From the NCBI GenBank assembly GCA_025594325.1, contig JANHCV010000005.1:2108001-2172000 (forward strand): a stretch of 64,000 bases of DNA, given 5' to 3'. Within the stretch, counting starts at the first letter, position 1, and each line of letters opens with the position of its first letter. Both the position numbers and the translations under genes were made by a program. The DNA is from Blastocladiella emersonii ATCC 22665. Its lineage: Eukaryota > Fungi > Blastocladiomycota. This document shows, piece by piece, positions 1 to 6,745 of this stretch. A model generated the notes under the pieces. That model had not been told where the DNA came from. It made no database searches and was given only the letters and a program-made list of their open reading frames with translations.

Positions 1-645
1 TGCTGTCCACTCCAAGTCCTGCATGATGATGGGCCAAGGAGGGTTCCGAGCAGCTCCTCTGTCTACCCGCGTGAAACCACTCACCCGCTGACGGATGTAT
101 ACCACGCACCGTGCAGCGCGCACAGCACACAGCGCCCGACGCACCACGCGGTGCGCACACGGCGCAAACGGCCACCCTGGTGTCACACACACTCGCATGA
201 ACGGCAGGCATGCAAGGCGTCCGTCCTCAACTCAACAATGATTTATCATCCAGGCTTACTACTCGCTCCAACGGGTGCGCCTGCCTGCCCTCCCAGTGCC
301 GTTGATTGATTGATGGGTGCGCCAGCCCCTGTTGCCAGCCACGTGGCAAGCAACACCTCAGCACCTGCGTCGCCCTGGCCACCGTCCGTACCTTGCAAAC
401 AGCGTAGCAGCCGTACTGCTTCACAGGGCTGCAGAGGGCTGGCTGCGGAGGGCTGAGGCGGCAGGGCTCCTCCTGCAGGAAGGAGACAGTGCTGGGGCCA
501 AGGAGTGCTAGGGACGACAAACTGAATGGTGAATGACCAGACCAACACACCACATGCTCCTGGCAGGAGTGCGTGTGGGCGTGCGGGCCCGTGTCCGTGC
601 GTGCCTGTGTCTGTGCGTGCCTGGATTAGACCTCCATCACAAGCG

Positions 646-739
646 CCAAGTGACCAAGTGACCAAGTGACAAAGTGACCAAGGTGACCAAGGTGACCAAG
701 GTGACCAAGGTGACCAGGGTGACCAAGGTGACCAAGTGA
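646..739. repeat. Compound 8/9-bp minisatellite (CCAAGTGA)3 CAAAGTGA (CCAAGGTGA)4 CCAGGGTGA CCAAGGTGA CCAAGTGA; length invariant in all 16 units
   Basis: Read directly at 646-739. The overlapping track ORF (…WSPWSPWSP…) is 166 aa in every unit, so copy number does not change. Confidence 0.95.
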
Positions 740-760
740 CACACAAGCACCAAGCTAGGG

Positions 761-820
761 TGGCCGGGCGGCCATGGACCGTACTGCATGGGTACCATTA
801 CCGTGGACTGGCCGCGGCCA
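761..820. other. Pair of related GC palindromes: TGGCCG-GG-CGGCCA (761-774) and TGGCCGCGGCCA (809-820)
   Basis: Seen directly in the sequence; function unknown. Confidence 0.5.
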
Positions 821-858
821 TTTATTGCAGCACAGCCCTGCCTGGCTCAGGACGCGGC

Positions 859-879
859 GGGCGTGGGAGGCGGGCAGGG
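859..879 (+). other. Canonical G-quadruplex motif GGG-CGT-GGG-AGGC-GGG-CA-GGG (one per unit)
   Basis: Matches the G3N1-7 x4 pattern. It lies at the start of a G-skewed tract (~850-1230). This is a motif match only; folding is not shown. Confidence 0.5.
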
Positions 880-1327
880 TAGATAGGTAGCAGCAGCAGG
901 ACCTGGCTAGCTGGCTGTCAAACAACACGAGTGAAGGGGTGCGTGAGGGAGGGTGTGTTGAACGAATGGATGGGTGGATGCAGGCAGACCTTCATACGTG
1001 TCGTGCGTGATGAGGATTGGTTGGCCACCATCCACCAACGCCATGGCATGGCTGCGGGTGTCGCTGCGTGCGCCTTGGCGGGTGGTGGTGTTGGTGGGTG
1101 GTGTTGGTGGGTGCTGTGGTGGTAGTGGAGCTAAAGTGGTGTTGTGGGGCTCCTGGGGTCCCCTTCCCTTCCTGTCTGGCCTAGGTGGGTGGGTGGGCGG
1201 ACGTAGCGCGCATGCGGGCGGGCAAGGTAGGAACGTTGCTCACGCAATGGATCATGTATTTTATGGAACGTAGTCTGCACAGCAGAGAGGGGGATGTCCG
1301 GCCCAATCGGACCCTCCACGAATCACA

Positions 1328-2000
1328 CCGCGCCGCCGCCTCTGTTGCCGCCGCGGCCGCCGCTAAACGACCAATCGAATCTTCTACTACACCACCAACA
1401 CCACCACCACCACCCGCTACGCTTTCTCCTGTCCATGGCGAGGACCTCAGCACTCCCGGCTACGCCATGGTCGGCGAGTCCGTTGCTGGCGCGACGCGGT
1501 CCCTTGCCTCGTTCGGCCGTCGCCTCCTCGCCTCCATCTGGCGCGACCCCGCCGCTCTGTCTCGCCTCGCCGGCTGCGTTGTACGCGCCCGCGACGTCGC
1601 CTTCGCCTCCCGCTCACTCCAACTCGACCGCGACCTCGCTCGACCCGTCCTCGCGGCCATCACGTCCGTCGCCTCCCGATCCCTCTGGCGCGGCGCCTGG
1701 CTCTCTCACTCCGCTGGCTGCGCCGAGGCCGACCCACTCGATTCTTCTGAAGCTCCGCCGCGCGAGCCGCGTGAGCGGGCCCGCCGCCCATTTGGCCAGC
1801 CCATTGCCACACTCAAGTTCATCAACCGCCACCACTACTGCTCTCGCTGTCTGAGCTCGCTCCATTCCCACGTCCCCAACCCGTCTGGGCGTGAAGAAGA
1901 CCCGCCAGTGTGCCCGCCGTCCACCGCGGCCCAAGCGGCTCTTGTTGCAGATCCCTCCGTCCGACTTTGGCTGCTCGGTTCCCCAAGGCACATTCGGTGA
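1328..2000 (+). pseudogene. C-terminal ~223-codon fragment of an unidentified protein carried by the insert (…GYAMVGESVAGATRSLASFGRRLLASIWRDPAALSRLAG…HHYCSRCLSSLHSH…RHIR*)
   Basis: This is the part of track ORF 1185..2000 that lies inside the insert; codons before 1328 are flanking/TSD DNA. Third-position bias is strong: over 1467-1556, 18/30 codons end in C and 0/30 in A (hand count). No RT or AP-endonuclease motif is visible. It recurs in every unit (track ORFs ending at 6151, 10261, 14372, 18506, 22640, 26750, 30894, 35062, 39205, 43316, 47467, 51618, 55793, 59943). Confidence 0.6.
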
Positions 2001-2546
2001 TGTGACTAGACCAAGGATCGGCGCAGTCGACGCAAGTCCAGTAGCACCAGGTGTTTGCGCGCGGTACTGACCCATCCACTTTCTCTCGTTCTGACGACGA
2101 TGAAACGCATGATCCGCCACTGAATGGCGCTGACGCACAAAAGAAAACGAAGGAGAAAAACAAAAAGAAAAGAAACGCAAAAAGAAGAATGTCCGCACAA
2201 AAAGATGGAAAAACATCTGACGAACCTCACAGGCCATGCCCAAGACCACAGCACTGCCACTGGTCCATTGGCATGTCCTCGCGCTCTAGTTGGTCACGCC
2301 AGCTTGTCTCTCTGCTCGGTCTCTCTTTACTGCGTTTCGTTCGCTCTCTTAGCTCGCTGCTCGAGCTCGCTCTCTCTTCGCCTCGTTCGCCCATCTCTCT
2401 CGTACTCCCCTCTCCTCCCACAATTCTTCCCCCTATGCTCCTCGACGTGCACGGTCCGGGCTTGTCGTACTGCGGCTTGCCCACAAAAGGGCTGCTGCCC
2501 GTTGCACAGTGGATATTCTGCTTGCAGTTCACAACCGCTGTTAAGG

Positions 2547-2578
2547 AATAAATGCATTGGTTCCAAAAAAAAAAAGAA
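2547..2578 (+). terminator. Polyadenylation signal AATAAA and genomic poly(A) tail at the 3' end of the insert
   Basis: GGAATAAATGCATTGGTTCC-A11-GAA. AATAAA is at 2547-2552 and the A-run at 2565-2575; the spacing fits the canonical 10-30 nt. Confidence 0.65.
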
Positions 2579-3700
2579 ACCCTCCACGAATCACAATATG
2601 CGCGCAATGAATTGACCGATGATATGGCCGTACCAAACCAGCCACGTAGACAATTGTCATGGTAGTCGAACAAAACCATATTCAAATCTTGGACTACCCG
2701 CTTGTCCAGCTAGCCAGGGACCCATAAATCACAGTATCGACCCAACTAAATATTTGACAGCAGAAATATAGTAAACCAACCTCGTACAAAATTGTCATGG
2801 TACTCAAACAAAACCATATTCAAAACCTTGACTTCCCGCATATCCAGCTGGCCAGGGACCCATAAATCACAGTATGGAACCAACAAAGTATCTGACAACA
2901 GAAATATGGTAAAACAGCTACGCGGATAATTGTCATGGTACTCAATCAAAACCATACTCAAACCTTTGCTTTCCTGCATGTCCAGCTGGCCACTGACCCA
3001 TAAATCACAGTATCGGACCAAGAAAATATCTGACCATGGAAATATAGTATACCAGCCACCTAGGTAATTGTCATGGCACTCAAACAAAACCATAGTCAAG
3101 TCTTTGACTATCCACATGTCCAGCTGATTGAGGACCCATGAATCGTAACGTCAAAGCAACAATATATCTCACCATGGAAGTATAGTAAACCAGCCACTCT
3201 GGCAATTGTCATGGTACTCAAACAAAACCATACTCAAATCTATGACTTCCCACATGTCCAGCAGGTTGGACACCCATAAATCACAGTATCAAACCAACAA
3301 AATATCAGACCACAGGAGTATATAAAACCGACCACGTAGGTAATTGTCTTGGTACTCAAACAAAACCATATTCAAATCTTTCAATTCCCGCTTGTCCAGC
3401 TAGCCAGGGACCCATAAATCACAGGATCACAGCAACAAAGTATCTGACAACAGAAATATGGTACACCAGCCACGTAGATAATTGTCATGGTACTCAAACA
3501 AAACCATACTCAAATCTTCGAGTGCCCCATGTCCAGGTGGGCAAGGGCCTATAAATCACAGTATTGAACCAAGAAAATACCTGACGATCGGGATGTATCA
3601 AACCCGCCACGCTGATACTTGTCGTGGTACTCAAACATAACCATACTCAGCCAAATCTTTGAATACCCTCACGTCCAGGTGGGCAAGGAACCAAAGCGCC
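2579..3700. repeat. Array of ~8 diverged 138-bp satellite monomers (AT-richer than the rest of the unit); unit 1 copy
   Basis: The core AATTGTCATGGTACTCAAACAAAACCATA recurs at 2652, 2790, 2928, 3066, 3204, 3342, 3480 and 3617 (138-bp period; the last interval is 137). A second conserved block, CCCATAAATCACAGTAT, lies mid-monomer. A degenerate partial monomer spans 2579-2651. Monomers 2 and 3 differ at about 25/138 positions (hand count). The block is repeated at 6729-7850, 10840-11961, 14950-16071, 19084-20205, 23218-24339, 27330-28451, 31474-32595, 35641-36762, 39784-40905, 43895-45016, 48046-49167, 52197-53318, 56371-57492 and 60522-61643. Confidence 0.95.
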
Positions 3701-3811
3701 AGATATTCAAATCTACCGCTTTGTGCACACTCCACTAGCCAACTCTTCGATCCACTAATTATGGAGCCCGTCGTCAAAGTACACTGTCCAATCAACTAAG
3801 TAAACAGCCAA

Positions 3812-3915
3812 CCTGCCAGCCTGCCAGCCTGCCAGCCTGCCAGCCTGCCAGCCTGCCAGCCTGCCAGCCTGCCAGCCTGCCAGCCTGCCAACCTGCCAAC
3901 CTGCCAACCTGCCGC
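3812..3915. repeat. 8-bp VNTR (CCTGCCAG)n(CCTGCCAA)3; n varies between units
   Basis: n=9 in unit 1 and n=4 in unit 2 by direct count; other values come from unit-length arithmetic. For units 1-15, n = 9,4,4,7,7,4,8,11,8,4,9,9,12,9,4. Other copies start at 7962, 12073, 16183, 20317, 24451, 28563, 32707, 36874, 41017, 45128, 49279, 53430, 57604 and 61755. Confidence 0.95.
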
Positions 3916-5461
3916 CTTGCCTACCTGCTATCCGAACACCCACACCGCCTCGCAAGTCATTGGGGGCCCGCGCTCTCTGGTTGCCGTCCCAGCCAACAAA
4001 GGAATGAATGATGAGCCCTGGCAGCCTGGCAGCCTGCCACACTGACAGCCTGACTGACAGCGCCCACCCAGTAGATATTATCTATCTCGTAGGTAGTCTG
4101 GGAGGACTTCGTTAGTCAATACACGACCAGTCTCCTCCTGGCTGCCGGCTCTGCTGTCCACTCCAAGTCCTGCATGATGATGGGCCAAGGAGGGTTCCGA
4201 GCAGCTCCTCTGTCTACCCGCGTGAAACCACTCACCCGCTGACGGATGTATACCACGCACCGTGCAGCGCGCACAGCACACAGCGCCCGACGCACCACGC
4301 GGTGCGCACACGGCGCAAACGGCCACCCTGGTGTCACACACACTCGCATGAACGGCAGGCATGCAAGGCGTCCGTCCTCAACTCAACAATGATTTATCAT
4401 CCAGGCTTACTACTCGCTCCAACGGGTGCGCCTGCCTGCCCTCCCAGTGCCGTTGATTGATTGATGGGTGCGCCAGCCCCTGTTGCCAGCCACGTGGCAA
4501 GCAACACCTCAGCACCTGCGTCGCCCTGGCCACCGTCCGTACCTTGCAAACAGCGTAGCAGCCGTACTGCTTCACAGGGCTGCAGAGGGCTGGCTGCGGA
4601 GGGCTGAGGCGGCAGGGCTCCTCCTGCAGGAAGGAGACAGTGCTGGGGCCAAGGAGTGCTAGGGACGACAAACTGAATGGTGAATGACCAGACCAACACA
4701 CCACATGCTCCTGGCAGGAGTGCGTGTGGGCGTGCGGGCCCGTGTCCGTGCGTGCCTGTGTCTGTGCGTGCCTGGATTAGACCTCCATCACAAGCGCCAA
4801 GTGACCAAGTGACCAAGTGACAAAGTGACCAAGGTGACCAAGGTGACCAAGGTGACCAAGGTGACCAGGGTGACCAAGGTGACCAAGTGACACACAAGCA
4901 CCAAGCTAGGGTGGCCGGGCGGCCATGGACCGTACTGCATGGGTACCATTACCGTGGACTGGCCGCGGCCATTTATTGCAGCACAGCCCTGCCTGGCTCA
5001 GGACGCGGCGGGCGTGGGAGGCGGGCAGGGTAGATAGGTAGCAGCAGCAGGACCTGGCTAGCTGGCTGTCAAACAACACGAGTGAAGGGGTGCGTGAGGG
5101 AGGGTGTGTTGAACGAATGGATGGGTGGATGCAGGCAGACCTTCATACGTGTCGTGCGTGATGAGGATTGGTTGGCCACCATCCACCAACGCCATGGCAT
5201 GGCTGCGGGTGTCGCTGCGTGCGCCTTGGCGGGTGGTGGTGTTGGTGGGTGGTGTTGGTGGGTGCTGTGGTGGTAGTGGAGCTAAAGTGGTGTTGTGGGG
5301 CTCCTGGGGTCCCCTTCCCTTCCTGTCTGGCCTAGGTGGGTGGGTGGGCGGACGTAGCGCGCATGCGGGCGGGCAAGGTAGGAACGTTGCTCACGCAATG
5401 GATCATGTATTTTATGGAACGTAGTCTGCACAGCAGAGAGGGGGATGTCCGGCCCAATCGG

Positions 5462-6745
5462 ACCCTCCACGAATCACACCGCGCCGCCGCCTCTGTTGCC
5501 GCCGCGGCCGCCGCTAAACGACCAATCGAATCTTCTACTACACCACCAACACCACCACCACCACCCGCTACGCTTTCTCCTGTCCATGGCGAGGACCTCA
5601 GCACTCCCGGCTACGCCATGGTCGGCGAGTCCGTTGCTGGCGCGACGCGGTCCCTTGCCTCGTTCGGCCGTCGCCTCCTCGCCTCCATCTGGCGCGACCC
5701 CGCCGCTCTGTCTCGCCTCGCCGGCTGCGTTGTACGCGCCCGCGACGTCGCCTTCGCCTCCCGCTCACTCCAACTCGACCGCGACCTCGCTCGACCCGTC
5801 CTCGCGGCCATCACGTCCGTCGCCTCCCGATCCCTCTGGCGCGGCGCCTGGCTCTCTCACTCCGCTGGCTGCGCCGAGGCCGACCCACTCGATTCTTCTG
5901 AAGCTCCGCCGCGCGAGCCGCGTGAGCGGGCCCGCCGCCCATTTGGCCAGCCCATTGCCACACTCAAGTTCATCAACCGCCACCACTACTGCTCTCGCTG
6001 TCTGAGCTCGCTCCATTCCCACGTCCCCAACCCGTCTGGGCGTGAAGAAGACCCGCCAGTGTGCCCGCCGTCCACCGCGGCCCAAGCGGCTCTTGTTGCA
6101 GATCCCTCCGTCCGACTTTGGCTGCTCGGTTCCCCAAGGCACATTCGGTGATGTGACTAGACCAAGGATCGGCGCAGTCGACGCAAGTCCAGTAGCACCA
6201 GGTGTTTGCGCGCGGTACTGACCCATCCACTTTCTCTCGTTCTGACGACGATGAAACGCATGATCCGCCACTGAATGGCGCTGACGCACAAAAGAAAACG
6301 AAGGAGAAAAACAAAAAGAAAAGAAACGCAAAAAGAAGAATGTCCGCACAAAAAGATGGAAAAACATCTGACGAACCTCACAGGCCATGCCCAAGACCAC
6401 AGCACTGCCACTGGTCCATTGGCATGTCCTCGCGCTCTAGTTGGTCACGCCAGCTTGTCTCTCTGCTCGGTCTCTCTTTACTGCGTTTCGTTCGCTCTCT
6501 TAGCTCGCTGCTCGAGCTCGCTCTCTCTTCGCCTCGTTCGCCCATCTCTCTCGTACTCCCCTCTCCTCCCACAATTCTTCCCCCTATGCTCCTCGACGTG
6601 CACGGTCCGGGCTTGTCGTACTGCGGCTTGCCCACAAAAGGGCTGCTGCCCGTTGCACAGTGGATATTCTGCTTGCAGTTCACAACCGCTGTTAAGGAAT
6701 AAATGCATTGGTTCCAAAAAAAAAAGAAACCCTCCACGAATCACA
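5462..6745 (+). mobile_element. Copy of the TSD-flanked poly(A) retro-insertion (unit 2; A10)
   Basis: Same 17-bp TSDs, same 5' junction and tail as 1311-2595. Confidence 0.85.

Larger units (their letters stand above)
1311..2595 (+). mobile_element. 5'-truncated poly(A)-tailed retroposed insertion (non-LTR retrotransposon 3' fragment or processed mRNA retrocopy), body 1328-2578 with 17-bp TSD; unit 1 copy
   Basis: Exact direct repeat ACCCTCCACGAATCACA at 1311-1327 and 2579-2595. A11-GAA tail at 2565-2578 directly precedes the right repeat, and AATAAA (2547-2552) lies 12 nt before the tail. The ORF is already open at the 5' junction with no start codon of its own. These are the established hallmarks of target-primed reverse transcription. 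Confidence 0.85.

Noticed and set aside
25-58. SRP-RNA helix-8-like string GCCAAGGAGGGTTCCGAGCAG
   Set aside because: It lacks the GNRA tetraloop and correct stem, and I saw no other SRP helices.
246-746. ORFs with WSP repeats (246..746) or AGWQAGRL repeats (3755..4042 and copies), and other GC-rich overlapping ORFs
   Set aside because: These are translations of minisatellites or antisense shadows of GC-rich DNA. The VNTR-spanning ORFs change frame and length between units.
993-1050. Minus-strand GQPILITHD resembling an ABC-ATPase H-loop
   Set aside because: The match is only 9 residues with no Walker A/B or signature motif in the unit, and the opposite strand reads equally protein-like.
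1256-1267. Sm-site-like ATTTTATGG followed by two hairpins (snRNA 3' end?)
   Set aside because: No upstream snRNA or SL signature was seen and the motif is too short. The hairpins are reported only as part of the target-site finding.
1185-2000. 271-aa ORF as an intact gene
   Set aside because: It is a chimera: the first ~48 codons are flank and TSD. The RTLHESH resemblance to retrotransposon sequence lies in the TSD and is therefore coincidental.
2652-3700. CRISPR-like or guide-RNA array (conserved ~30-bp core with variable intervening sequence)
   Set aside because: The intervening sequences are homologous to each other and contain a second conserved block. The period of 138 bp is too long, there are no cas genes, and the context looks eukaryotic.
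4072-4084. AT-rich inverted repeat TAGATA-T-TATCTA
   Set aside because: It is a 6-bp arm palindrome, expected by chance in 4 kb, with no supporting context.
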